Assembly (NCBI RefSeq): GCF_018350175.1
Contig: NC_058368.1
Location: 121,460,001 to 121,524,000, forward strand
Direction: 5' to 3'
DNA length: 64,000 nt
Origin: Felis catus
Lineage: Eukaryota
The notes beneath the pieces are model-generated. The model saw only the letters and a program-made list of their open reading frames with translations, was not told where the DNA came from and did not search any database. Position 1 is the first letter of the stretch. Each line of letters begins with the position of its first letter. Positions 11,262-23,854 of this stretch are shown one piece after another. The position numbers were made by a program, and so were the translations under genes.

Positions 11262-12220
11262 GTTTTTAAATTGAGATACTTGTAGAGTGATATACAGATG
11301 TAGGAAATAATAGAGAGAACTTTTGCACACTTCCCAATTTTCCCCAATGGTAATATTTGCAAAACCATAGTATAATATCACAATCAGAATATTGACATCA
11401 ACACAAGTTTTATGCTTATTCATTATACATGTCTACATGGGTACACACATATAAATTAGATTCTTCTTTTTTTTTTAAATGTTTATTTATTTACTTTTGA
11501 GGGAGAGAGAGAGAGAGAGAGGAAGGGAGGGAGGGAGGCTCTGCCAGTGCAGAACCTGATGTGGGGCTCAAACTCATGAACCATGAAATCATGACCTGAG
11601 TCGAAATCAAGAGTCAGATGCTCAACCAACTGAGCCACCCAGGCGCCCCACATATAAACTTGATTCTATACAATGTTATCACCTCTGTGTCTACCCCCAT
11701 AGTCAAGATACAGAACACTTCCAACACCACAGGGATCCCTCATGTTTAAGAACCACACCAACTTTCCCTCCACACCCTCATCTCTGTCCTCTGCTCCTAA
11801 AATTATGTTATTTTCAAAATGTTATGTAAATGGAACCATCCAATATATAACCTTTGAGGATTGGCTCTTTTTCTTCACTCAGCCTAATTCATCCAAATTG
11901 TTGCCCATATCTATAGTTCCTTTCGGTGGCTGAGTAGCATTCCATGATGGTACGTATGTATTATAATGTGTTTAACCATTCACATATTTAAGGCTATCTG
12001 ATGCTGATTCCAGTTTTGGGCTACTATAAACAAAACTGCTATAAGTACTTGCATGCAGGTTTTCGTCCATGAACATGTTTTGATTTCTCTGGGATCAATT
12101 CTCAGGAGTATAATTGTTGGGCCATATGGTAGCTGCATTCGTGTTTAGAGAAAATACCACACTGTTTCTCAGAGTGGTTGTACCATTTTGCCATTTATAT
12201 TAGCCATTCTTATAGCTATG
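11262..12220 (-). mobile_element. Old L1M 3' region interrupted by a CanSINE
   Basis: GTTATGTAAATGGAACCATCCAATATATAACCTTTGAGGATTGGCT..TTCCAGTTTTGGGCTACTATAAACAAAACTGCTATAA is typical antisense L1M sequence. Confidence 0.65.
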
Positions 12221-13994
12221 CAGTGTGACAGAACTTTTTTAAAAAACCCTTATAACATAGTTTTCCTAAGAAAACAAATCTACATTTCCATAATGAAGAG
12301 AGACAATTCCAATTGACTTGCTATTTTTCTGCTAACTACCTTTGCCTTTGCATAAACAAGATTCAAATGATATTTGTTTATTTATTTATTTATTTACTTA
12401 CTTACTTACTTACTTACTTTTAGGTAGGTTCTACAACCTGAACAACGTGGGGCTCAAACTTATGACCCCAAGATCAAGAGTTGCATGCTCCACCTACTGA
12501 GCCAGCCAGGGGCCCCCAAGTGACTTTTATTTAAGGGACTTTTCTCTGAGCCAGATGGACTGCAAATGGGGATCCAGACTCAGGAGCCGCTGATATTTTG
12601 ATGGGTGTGTTGTTTAATCAGATGATCACCATAAATGTATAGAAATGAGAGAGTCTGTCTGTAACTATGAACTTCCTTGTTTGAAATTCTACCAAAGCTT
12701 TGTCTGATTGCATTTAAGGGAAACATCATGATTGTAAATTTCACAGAAATTTAAATCTGAAAAATTACTCTCAACCTCTGTTATCATACATCTGGGACAG
12801 CACTTAACCACAGGATAGGGAATAAGACGAAAAAAAAATTGTGGACAAATCTACTCTGATTATGGAAGGCCCATCTCCCTCTGTCAACACTTATGTGAAA
12901 TTGCATAGTTAACAGTTCTTCCTGGTTGAGGCCCAGTTACCCTCAAGCGAAGAAAGCAAACTTGATTTGAATAAGGATGGTTTACACGTGTATTCTTCCT
13001 GTAGTCACTTTCTTTTCAATGTCTTATATCAATAATATTTCTTAGATAAATTGGCATCTCTTTCTCCTCCTGTGAAGATAAAACTGAGAGAAAAGTCAAT
13101 CTTTGTTAAGTATCCATTTTAGCATCCACCTTAACTAAGGAAAAAACATTTATTTAATATTAGTCTTACTCTCTATTATCCCAAGAACAGTGCCTAATGG
13201 TGGTAAAGGGCTCAATACATATTTGTTGAATGAATTCTGAATGAACCACATGGTGAATATTTCAGTGTTTGCTAGTGAGATATTTAAGTGAAGGTTATAG
13301 GTGTGGGCTTTGTGGTCAAATACACATGGTCAAGACGGGGTTTTTCCATTCATTAGTTTCATGATCTTTCTGGGATGCAATTTTCTCATCTGTGAATAGT
13401 GTTTACTATACAGGGATACTGTGAAGATGGGAAGCAATAACACATGGAAATATTTAGCACAGAGCCACCATAGAGTATGTAGTCAACAACCGTGGCTACA
13501 GATGATTATTTACAATGCCTGACTGTTAGCCTACCAGAATGTGAGCTCCCAAAAGGCTGGATCCATATAAATGGATATAACTTTTCAAAGTTTCGTGATG
13601 AAAGCAATTCCTGTTAAATTTCTATCACACTATCAGGTTCTTTCCTAGCCTTAGGCCTAATCATAACACTTTTACACTTAAAAAATTTTTTTCTGTCATT
13701 TTTGGATAATACTTCATCTATGTACTAGGAAGAAAAGTGAAGGAAACCTGTGGATAAGCATAAAGAAGGGGAGGAGAGAGGGAAGAAGAGGCAACAGTTG
13801 GATATGAGAAAACTCTGGACTTGCTGTAAGAAGATCCAGATGCAAATTCTGCTCCATCTACAGATAAGTGTGATTCTCAATAAACCACTCAGTCTCTGGC
13901 CTTTTACCCTTATTTGCAAAGTTAAGGAGAAGGTGTCAGGGAAGGGGGTTCGTTAGATGATTTCTAAGTGCATTTTGCTTTTATTACTCTATGT

Positions 13995-14295
13995 AAGGGT
14001 CAGTAAGCCAAACTCTGTTGGCTCTTGGCTCTTCTGTATATCTGTAAGGTAACAATGGCTTTTCCACTTTTAAATGGTTTTTTAGAAAATCAAGAAAGTA
14101 TGTTGTGACATTTGAAAATCATCTAAAATTGAGTATGTTTTATTCAGACATAGTCATAATCATTTGTTTATGTATTACCTGTGGCCAGTTTCATGCCAAG
14201 AGGGCAGAATTGAGTAGTTGCCAGAAACCATATGGCCCACAAAACAAGGGATATTTAGTATCTAGTCCTTTTAAGAAAAAGTTTGCTTTTTTCTG
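13995..14295. mobile_element. MER58B-like DNA transposon relic
   Basis: GGCAGAATTGAGTAGTTGCCAGAAACCATATGGCCCACAAAAC..CCTTTTAAGAAAAAGTTTGC. Confidence 0.6.
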
Positions 14296-14651
14296 CTCTA
14301 TGTGGATAAGTATACTTGCTTATTTTGGGCTGACCCATCTCTTTTATATGAGGTTTGTGCTCATCAGGTATTTTTCAAAATATTATTATATTGCACAATC
14401 CCACAAACCGTTCAGCTTTCTGAGAGACTTTTGCTAACCATTGGAATCCTGGTGCCTTACACAGTGCTAGCATAGAGCAGGTGCTCAGTATTTGTTGTTG
14501 AGTAAGCATTCTAAGACCAGTGCCAAGCTAGTAATTTCAAAACTTCAAAAGGAATTTTTTTATCCAATACAAACTAAGTTGCCTATTTTGGTAATTTCGA
14601 TTTAAAAAAAATTTATTTTTAAAAACTTTTTTGCTGACCAAAATTCTCCCT

Positions 14652-14682
<31 letters not shown>

Positions 14683-15470
14683 CAAAAAAAAAACCCCTAC
14701 TGAATTTTAGATATCCAGTGAACAGAGAATTTAAAAAAAGATTAGAATCTTTTTTTTTCCTAAATAAAGCATGTATTAAAAATACTGGTAAAACTGAAAT
14801 GGCCTCAGCCTTTTACAACTGTGCGCCACGTTTTAAAAATGACGATTACTGGAGTCCAAGGAATGGTTGTCAGAAACATTCTGCGTAACTTAAGCATAGC
14901 GGCGAAAAATACAAGCATGTGTGCTGAGCAAAATGATTGTGCAAGGAAAAAAAAAAGTAAAAATTTGCATTCTGTGCAATGTGTCGAACGTGAACGTATT
15001 GCACGTTGTGTTGCAGATTTACTACAGCTGAGTCATTTCGGGACACAAGTGTGTTTCCAGGAAAAAACGAGAGGAAGGAACCAGGCTGAGGGGCTTGCCG
15101 GGTTCCCCCAGGCACTCCCAGTAGCAGACACCGGTATTGCGCGGCGGGCGACGGCGTGGTCAAAAAGGCGCCGCGGCCCCTTTAAGACTCACAGCACCTT
15201 CTCCAAGATACCATCTTGCACCAGGAGTTCACGTAAGCTCTCCACCTACCTTGCTATATCCCTCCTCCTTAGCTGGGTACGGCCTGCCGGCGGGGCGAGC
15301 GAGCTTTTTCATTGGCTCTGCGCGCACGGCCCTCTTATTTCTATTGGTTCTTGCGCCCGCCACTTGACGCTATCTCCTGCCCCGCTGAGCCGTCAAGCTA
15401 GGTTGAGTGAGGGCTCTTGGGTTAGTTCCTGTTAGGCCCCGGCCGGGGGAGTAGGTTGAAGTCTCCTAAG

Positions 15471-15503
15471 ATGCCCGGTGGGCTGGGGCACCGGGAGCTG
15501 TGA
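15471..15503 (+). other. Upstream ORF MPGGLGHREL* in the presumed RBM27 5' UTR
   Basis: aagATGc (A at -3), TGA at 15501-15503, 80 nt before the main ATG. Confidence 0.65.
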
Positions 15504-15583
15504 AGAGAGGGTGAGGAAGCGGCGAGGGGAGACCCGCGGCAGGCCTGAACAAGACCGGCGGCCGAGCCCGCCTTCCCTGCACC

Positions 15584-15642
15584 ATGCTCATAGAGGATGT
15601 GGATGCCCTCAAGTCCTGGCTGGCCAAGTTACTGGAGCCGAT
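15584..15642 (+). CDS. RBM27: RBM27 exon 1 coding part (MLIEDVDALKSWLAKLLEP; PWI domain start)
   Basis: accATG; 59 nt; donor gtgagt at 15643; matches the recalled RBM27 N-terminus. Confidence 0.95.
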
Positions 15643-17530
15643 GTGAGTGAGCCAGGCTGGGCCAGGGCCGGCGAACGTGGGCGTTGGGGGCCCGCGGGGG
15701 CGTGGGGGGAGGGGAGACGGCGTGGGGGAGGGCGGAGCGGAGGGGCCGCGGTCCGGAGGTCCCGGCGACGTCTTCTCTGTAGTACTATCACCATTGTGGG
15801 GGGGGCGGTGGCGGGGGGGGGGCGGCGGGAGGCAGGGGCGTAGAGGCGGTGTGGCTGTGCGACCGGAGGGTGGGGGTGGGGGGCGGCAAGGACAGCGAGG
15901 GCTTTTTAAATATAAATATTGGGGTGTTGGAAGGGGTAGCAGGATAGTGAGGGAATTTAAAATTTTACTCTTTGAGAACAGCGGTAGATCGCAAGGCTAT
16001 CGAGGGATTTTTGAATGTGAATATTAAGGGTGTAGCAGCATGTCGAGGGCTTTATTAACAATATTAGTACGAGGCTAAAAGATCCAGAAGCAGAGTATCG
16101 AGGGCCTTTTAAAAACATGAAGACAGAAAGGAAGAGTAGGGATACTGAGGGTTTTATAGCGATTATTGATGAGCTCTAAGGGTTCAAGAATTTTGAAGGA
16201 TTTGAGAAACATGAGGTAGTTGAAAGGGATATGTGAGCATTCAAGTGTTTTTGGGAATTACTGGAAAGCTGTTAAATAGGATAACAAGGATATGAAGGGA
16301 TTTTAAAATATTATCTGGGAGTTGTTAGTACTAGGAGAACTAATAACTTTTAAATACCATTAAGGGTTAGAAAATACTGAGATTTTAAAGTTTGAGGGTT
16401 GAAAGGGCTACCCTGGTATTTAATATTATTGGAGGAGTAGTTGAAAGAGGGTATACCTGCAACATGTAGGGATTTTTAGGTACAGCCATAGGAGCAATAA
16501 AAGGGGTAGAAGAAAGACTACGAGTTTTGTAAATATTGTTGAAGGATTGTGAGGGCAACTGAGGATATTGGGGTGTAGGATTATTGTTGACGGGCTGAAG
16601 AATCAGAAGGGCTTGTTTTTGAAAAATATTTGGGTAGTATTAGTTATGGAATTACTGGGACACTTGAGAGAGAGAGCAGAGGTACCAGCTTTTTGTTTTG
16701 TTTTGTAACCATTTTAAGAGCTTAGGATTGTGGTGAGTTTATTTGAGATAATGGGATATAGGTAGTTTCTGAAACATCCCAGAGAGGGAAGAGAAGGAAT
16801 GCTGAAGGGGGAGTTGGAGAGAGATGATATCGAACTCTCTTGGGAAAGAAGGCTTGGAAAGAGAAGGGAAGGGATCATTTCCTGCCCCCTCCTAATTTCT
16901 AGTGCTTATTCTCCTGTTAGAGGTGAGGACTTGCTGGTGAAAGAAAAGGGGTAGAGGAAGAGATGGGCAGGCTATAGGATTCATTAGATTAGACCATTTT
17001 AGTGGAAACATTGAGTTTTTCAGAACTGTAAATAAGAGGTAGTTTGGGAGGCGTGGAGGTGTGGTAAAGCTGGGGCTTTTGGGAGACAGCTACTTCCCAG
17101 TTTATGTCCTGGTCCTCCTGAGAAATCTTGTTAAATAACTTTGTTGTTGTTTTGCTACTTTGATTTCTTGGATGTGAACACCTAAGAAGAGAGTCATCTT
17201 TAGTCCACTGTGTCAGCCTTATGAAGGTAGGATGGGTGAAGGAGGCAGCATTAGAATTTTGGTGTCTGACATGCTTTTTACATTCTGAGGATGAGGACTA
17301 TGTGAGAGTACAGGTGTGAATGAAAGTACACTAAGGGCTTCTGGGTTTTATATTAGTGTTGATCTACTTGAAAGTTTTGTAGAAGAGTATGGGTGTCTTG
17401 AGTCTGCTGTCTTTTTCTGTAGTAAAGTTTGGGAGCACAGAGATGGAGATGTATTGTGATGAAGGTAGAACATAAATAGATTTAGTGAAATTGACCATAT
17501 ATGGAAAAGGCTGAAAAAAAGATCATGTTT

Positions 17531-17792
17531 AAAAAATTGTTTACCTTTGGGGCGCCTGGGTGGCGCAGTCGGTTAAGCGTCCGACTTCAGCCAGGTCGCG
17601 ATCTCGCGGTCCGTGAGTTCGAGCCCCGCGTCGGGCTCTGGGTTGATGGCTCGGAGCCTGGAGCCTGTTTCCGATTCTGTGTCTCCCTCTCTCTCTGCCC
17701 CTCCCCCGTTCATGCTCTGTCTCTCTCTGTCCCAAATAAATAAATAAACGTTGAAAAAAAAAAATTAAAAAAAAAAAAAAATTGTTTACCTT
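17531..17792 (+). mobile_element. Young felid CanSINE with perfect 17-bp TSD
   Basis: TSD AAAAAATTGTTTACCTT at 17531-17547 and 17776-17792; TT|AAAA target; CpG-intact body. Confidence 0.92.
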
Positions 17793-20700
17793 CATGTTAT
17801 TTGACATCAAAAAAAAAAACCTTGTGTGCGTGTGTGACAGTTTTGGCTCATATAGGCTCTGATTTTGTTTGTAGGTAGAGATTCTATAAGAATTACATAT
17901 ATATGTCTTTGGTAGAAGGTGACTAGTTTTAATGTTACTTTAATGTTAATTGCCTTTTTTTTTAGTCCTCCCTAAAATGTTTTATTCTGGGTAGTGGTTT
18001 TTGTTTTTGTTTTAAACAGTTTTTTTTAACGTTTATTCATTTTTTGAAAGAGAGTGAGCGGGGGAGGGGCAGAGAGAGAGGGAGACACAGAATCTGAAGC
18101 AGGCTCTAGGCTGTGAACTGACAGTACAGAGCTGACTGCTGGGCTCGAACTCACAGACTGAGATCATGACTTGGGCTGAAGTCAGTTGCTTAACCAACTG
18201 AGGCACCCAGGCGCCCCTGTTTTTGTTTTTGTTTCTTCTTTAATGTGAAAATTTAGTTTGGGTACAAACTTAAACCTAATCGTGTTTTTTCCCTTGGCTT
18301 TTTTATACTAATAAGTTTATAGGTATTCTGTAATTTTTATGGGTAAAAATTATCTTTGAAAGTGATTATTTTAGTTTCTCCATTTGTTTTTACTTACATG
18401 TTCAACTGAAAACACCCAAAATGCTTTTTTAATTATTAAAAAATTGTTACTTTTTTGGGGCTAAAAAGAGCCAAAATCACTACTCAGGCTTTCCTAGAAG
18501 TACAAATTAAAAAATACTAATTTTTAACTCATGGAAGTATGGTTTCAGATGGAAGCGTTAATAAGAGACAGCAAATGCAAAAAGGAAAGGGATAAATGCA
18601 GATATATGTATTTTCATTAGTTGTCATGGGATTTTTTTTACACACCCTAAAATATAATAAATGATATGCTAAAATGGGTTGTATTTTGTAATTTACTTTT
18701 TGCGTATTACAGATTGTAGAAAATTTTCATGGCAGATTGGCACGTTGTTATGACCTAGTGTTTCAGAGCAGTTGTTAGGGTTTCAGATAAGGGAGTTGAA
18801 GTGGATATGTTGGAATCATACTGTGTCCATGCACATGATATTCTATTGTGTTTTCTTAGCTTAGTTTATGGTTAAGTAAATTTATAAAAGATTTTAATTT
18901 TTAGGGGCTTTTAAGTATGTTGTGTTGCATGTAATGGGGTATTTCTAAACCAAGGCATTTTACATTTACTTATTTCTTATAGACAAATTAGAAATATCAT
19001 ATACTAGAGCTTATCTGTTACCTTCCACTTCGTTTGTAGATTGGGGACCTATCTTTTACTTTAAAAAATTATTTTTTAACGTTTACTTATTATTGAGAGA
19101 CAGAGACAGAGCATGAGCATGGGAGGGGCAGAGAGAGGGGGAGACACAGAATCTGAACCAGGCTCCAGGCTCTGAGCTATTAGCCCAGATCATGACGTGA
19201 GCCGAAGTTGGACGCTTAACCGACTGAGCCACCCAGGTGCCCCATGTCAATTACTTTTACTAGAGGAAAGACAAAAGGACAGTGCCTGGAAGAAATGACT
19301 CCTTAACTGGCTTGGAAAACCTAGTACCATTTTCACTGGCAGTGCAGTCAAGGGAGTGAAACCATCTCAGTCAAGAAATTTATCTCTTTTCCTACTGCTA
19401 CATGAACAGACTGAATTCACAAGTCTTGTTTGAGGTTTTTTTTTTTTTTTTTTCTAAGTTTATTTATTTATTTTGAGAGAGAGCACGATCTGGAGGTGGG
19501 GGTGGGGAGAGAGAGAATCTCAAGCAGGCTCCTTGCTGTCAGCACAGAGCTGGACGTGGGGCTCAATAGCAGAAACTCCTTAACTGAGCTGAAATCAAGA
19601 GTTGAACATTCAACTGATTGAGACACCCAGGCGCCCCTTGTTTAAGGTCTTTATCTTTGCTCACTTTCAAAATATCCTAGATGTCAGTCAGAGAGACTAT
19701 GTAGGAATTATGTACAATTGGGAGATGTCATGGTTTCTATTAGAAATAACGTCTCATTTTCAGTAGGTGGGCCCTTTAAGAGTAAAGTCTAACTAAAATC
19801 CAAGGGATAAATTAAAAACTGATGAAGTTACAAGTTTAGAAAAAGTTCAGGCAGTAGAGCTTTGCTTGGGATTCTCTCTCCCTCTCTCTGTCTCTGCCTT
19901 TCCCCTGCTTGTGCTAGTGCTCTCTCAAAAATAAATACATAAAAAAAAAAGTTCAGGCAAGCATTTTTCTTTTTAAGAAAATATTTATTTTTGGGGGTGC
20001 CTGGGTGTTTCAGTCAGTTAAGTGTTCTACTTGGGCTCAGGTCATGATCTTGTGTGTTAAAGTCCCATGCTCAGAGCCTGGAGCCTGCTTCGGATTGTGT
20101 CTCCCTTTGTCTCTGTCTCTGTCCTGCTAGTACTCTGTCTCTATGTCTCTAAAGAATAAATAAACATTAAAAAAATTAAAAAAATATATTTATTTTGAGA
20201 GATAGGTAGAGAGCAAGTGGGGGAGGGGCAGAGAGAGGGGAAGAGAGAAAATCCCAAGCAATCTCCACGTTGCCAGCGCAGAGCCCCCACTCAGGGCTTG
20301 AACTCATGAACTCAAATCAAGAGTCAGACACTCAATCCACCGAGCCATCTGGGTACCCCCAGGCAAAAGCATTTTTTAATAACAAACATGCATTTCTACC
20401 TGAAAATGTCTTTATGTATTTATTTTTATTTGAGAGAAAGAGTACAAGCCAGGGAGAGAGAGAATATTAAGCAGGCTCCATGCTCAGTAGGGAGCCAAAT
20501 GTAGGGCTCCATCCCACAACCCTGGGATCAAGACCTGAGCGGAAATCAAGAGTTGGACACTCAACTGACTTAGCCGCCCAGACACCTCCCCTAAAAGTCT
20601 TTAAGTGTTTTAAGTTATTTACATTATATATAATATATATATATAAACATAATTCAAAGCTGTTTGTTTAGCTTACTATAAAAATCTGTCTTGGTATGTG

Positions 20701-23301
20701 TTTTATTTTTTTCTTTATTTTTATTTTTTAAAGTTTACTTATTGTGAGAGAGAATATCCCAAGCAGGCTCAGTGTGGAGCCTGATGTGGGGCTCCATCTC
20801 ACAAACCTGTGAGATCATCACCTGAGCCAAAACCAAGAGTCAGATGCTTAACCATCTGAGCCACCCAGGAGTCCCCTTGGTATATGTTTAAAACTTTTTT
20901 TCCCAATGTCTGTTTTGAGAAAGAGAGACAGTGAGAGCGGGGGAGGGGCAGAGAGAGAGGGAGAGACAGAATCTGAAGCAGCCTCCAGGCTTTGAGCTGT
21001 TAGCGCAGAGCCTAACAATGGTGCTCGAACTCATGAACTGAGATCATGACCTGAGCCGAAGTTGGACACTTAACTGACTGAGCCATCCAGGCGCCCTCCT
21101 TGGTATATGTTTTAAAATGAGTGATGGGGTTTGTAATACTTTTTTGTACAGTTGCATCTATCTATTGTAGTAAACACCATTATGTGAATCAGGGCATTTA
21201 GTTTCTAGTTCTGTATCTATCTCTGATTTACTGTGTGACTTTGGAGAAATTCTTTAAATTTTCTCTAAACAGTTAATAATATTAGCCATCTACCTATCTT
21301 TCAAATATGGTATGAATATTAATGTGTAGACTATAAAAAGTGCCTGTGTACCTTAGAATCATTAAATATAAATGTAATTTGTGGTTTTTGAAATGTTAAA
21401 ATATGTTAAACTCTTTTTGCAAAAATATTTTACTTAATATTGTTAAGCATTACTGCTACTTACTAGACAGCAGCTAGAGTCTCACTGCGGGCCTGTAGGT
21501 AGGACCGGGAATTGGTGAAAGCCGTGACTTTGATGTGTAGCTTCTGTGACTTCAGCCCATAGCAACATCTTTTTTAGTGCACTAGGAGATTGAATATGTT
21601 GTCATCTTGGAGTATGATGGAAAAGGCAGCAGTAAGCTTCATAGATCACTGTATTGGTTCAGTGTTCAAGGAGGGAGTATACTTTGAACTCTATAGAGTT
21701 TTACATGCCACCATAGATTTGCAATCCTTATCACATTAAGTTCTGATTAGTAATGTCTTCAGCTGCTCAAATAGGAGGAAAAATCATCACCTAGTAGCTA
21801 TGACACCTGACCTCTTACGTAAATAAACTACTAGGGTGAAATGAATATTTTGAAGGTATGTTCTTAAAAGATTGAGAAGTTCTGATAATGTGCTTAGTGG
21901 CCTCAAGGAATTATTCTGTCTCTAAAGTGCTGTCATTGGACTCGTTTAAGGAGACTGACCCTTAACTATTTCACAGGAAAGGACTTATTTTGACCAGAAG
22001 ACTTCTTGGCAAGTTTCCGCCCCCCCCGATTTTTTTTAATGTTTTTATTTATTTTTGAGAGAGAGACAGAGCATGAGCAGGGGAGGGGCAGAGAGAGAGA
22101 GAGGGTGATACAGATTCTGAAACAGGCTCTAGGCTCCAAGCTGTCATCACAGAACCTGACGCGAGGCTTGAACTCATGGACCATGAGACCATGACCTGAA
22201 CAAAGCTGGACACTTAACCAACTGAGCCACCCAGGCACTCTACAAAAAATTTTTGAGTGTTTATTTATTTTTGAGAGAGAGAGAATGAGAGCACTAGTAG
22301 GGGAGGGACAGAGATAGAGGGAAAGACACAGACTCTGAAGCAGGCTCCAGGCTCTGAGCTGTCAGTACAGAGCCCGACATGGGGCTCGAACCTACGACCC
22401 ACAAGATCATGACCTGAGCTGAAGCCAGACGCTTAACCAACTGAGCCACCCAGGCACCCCTTGGCAAATACACTAAGTTTAAGGACATACTTGTTCTTAT
22501 GTCCTTTGGTTTGCCTCCTAAATATGTCTGACTTTTTTCTTGGCCCAATTGCTATAGGCTAGAAGCCAGAAGTTGCTCTTATAGCCCTCTGTTTCCTATC
22601 ACTGTCTTGTCTCATCCTCTGATAGGGTTATTGCTCACTTTGTTGTGAATCTGTTTTTTAACCATTTGTTATTTTGTACTGTAATTATTTGTTTTCATTT
22701 TCAGCCCTTGGCCACTAGACTGCAAGGCAAGGTCTGTCTTTCTTAGATTAGACTAATTCCATTACCAAGCAAGATGCTTGGTACTTAGTAAACATTCAGT
22801 AAATGTTTAAATGAATCAGTGTCCTTATATGTATATGTACACATTTGTTGACAATTTTGAAAAGTACTATTTAAAAAATTTTTTTTAAATGTTTATTATT
22901 TTTTGAGAGAGAGAGAGAATGTGCGTGTGGAGGGGAGGGGCAAGGAGAGAGAGAGACAAAATCTGAAGCAGGCTCCAGGCTCCAATCTGTCAGCACAGAG
23001 CCCAATGCGGGACTGGAACTCAGGGACTCCAAGATCATGACCTCAGCCAAAGTCAGACGCTTGACTGACTGAGCCACCCAGGTGCCCCATATTTTTTTAA
23101 TAGCCTAATTTTTAGGGTATACTTAGCTGGTGACTATTGATTTGTAAGCCATAGTTTGAATATCAAAACAGTGTTTGCAGCTGACAGGTATATATATTTT
23201 TTTTTTCTCCAAGGTAAATCTAGATATTTTCTTCCATTCATGAAAGCCTCTAATTAATTAAGGGGAAGATGAAAGCTTTCATTCGAAAAGAAGTAGAAGT
23301 G

Positions 23302-23550
23302 CCATTATTTCTTTTTTTTTTTTTTTTTTCCAACGTTTTTATTTATTTTTGGGACAGAGAGAGACAGAGCATGAACGGGGGAGGGGCAGAGAGAGAGGGA
23401 GACACAGAATCGGAAACAGGCTCCAGGCTCTTGAGCCATCAGCCCAGAGCCTGATGCGGGGCTCGAACTCACGGACCGCGAGATCGTGACCTGGCTGAAG
23501 TCGGACGCTTAACCGACTGCGCCACCCAGGCGCCCCCATTATTTCTTTTT
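23302..23550 (-). mobile_element. Young felid CanSINE with perfect 15-bp TSD
   Basis: TSD CCATTATTTCTTTTT at 23302-23316 and 23536-23550, followed by AA. Confidence 0.92.
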
Positions 23551-23854
23551 AATATGTGTTAACAGGTTCTTACAACTTAATGTTATTCATATTAACTCTT
23601 AAAAAAAAATTTTTTTTTTAATGTTTATTTTTGAGAGAGAGAGAGAGACAGAGCAGGAGCAGGGGAAGGGCAGAGAGAGAGGGAGCGACACACGGATTTT
23701 GGAGCAGGCTGTAGGCTCTGAGCTGTCAGCACAGAGCCCGACGTGGGACTTAAACTCACAAACCATGAGATCATGAGCTGAAGTTGGACGCTTAACCAAC
23801 TGAGCCACCCAGGCGCCCCACATTAACTCTTTTAATAAAGTCAGTTCAAGTTTT

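Larger units (their letters stand above)
15100..15900 (+). promoter_or_regulatory. CpG-island promoter and first exon of RBM27
   Basis: High GC and CpG; inverted CCAAT boxes ATTGG at 15311 and 15343; TGACG at 15365; no TATA; G-runs downstream of exon 1. Confidence 0.85.

Noticed and set aside
14821..15435. 204-codon ORF, the longest in the track
   Set aside because: Non-ATG start, spans the RBM27 promoter, and has no recognisable domain; long ORFs are expected by chance in GC-rich DNA.
15886..16400. CRISPR interpretation of the motif/spacer array
   Set aside because: Repeats are short, degenerate and non-palindromic, there are no cas genes, and the context is a mammalian intron.
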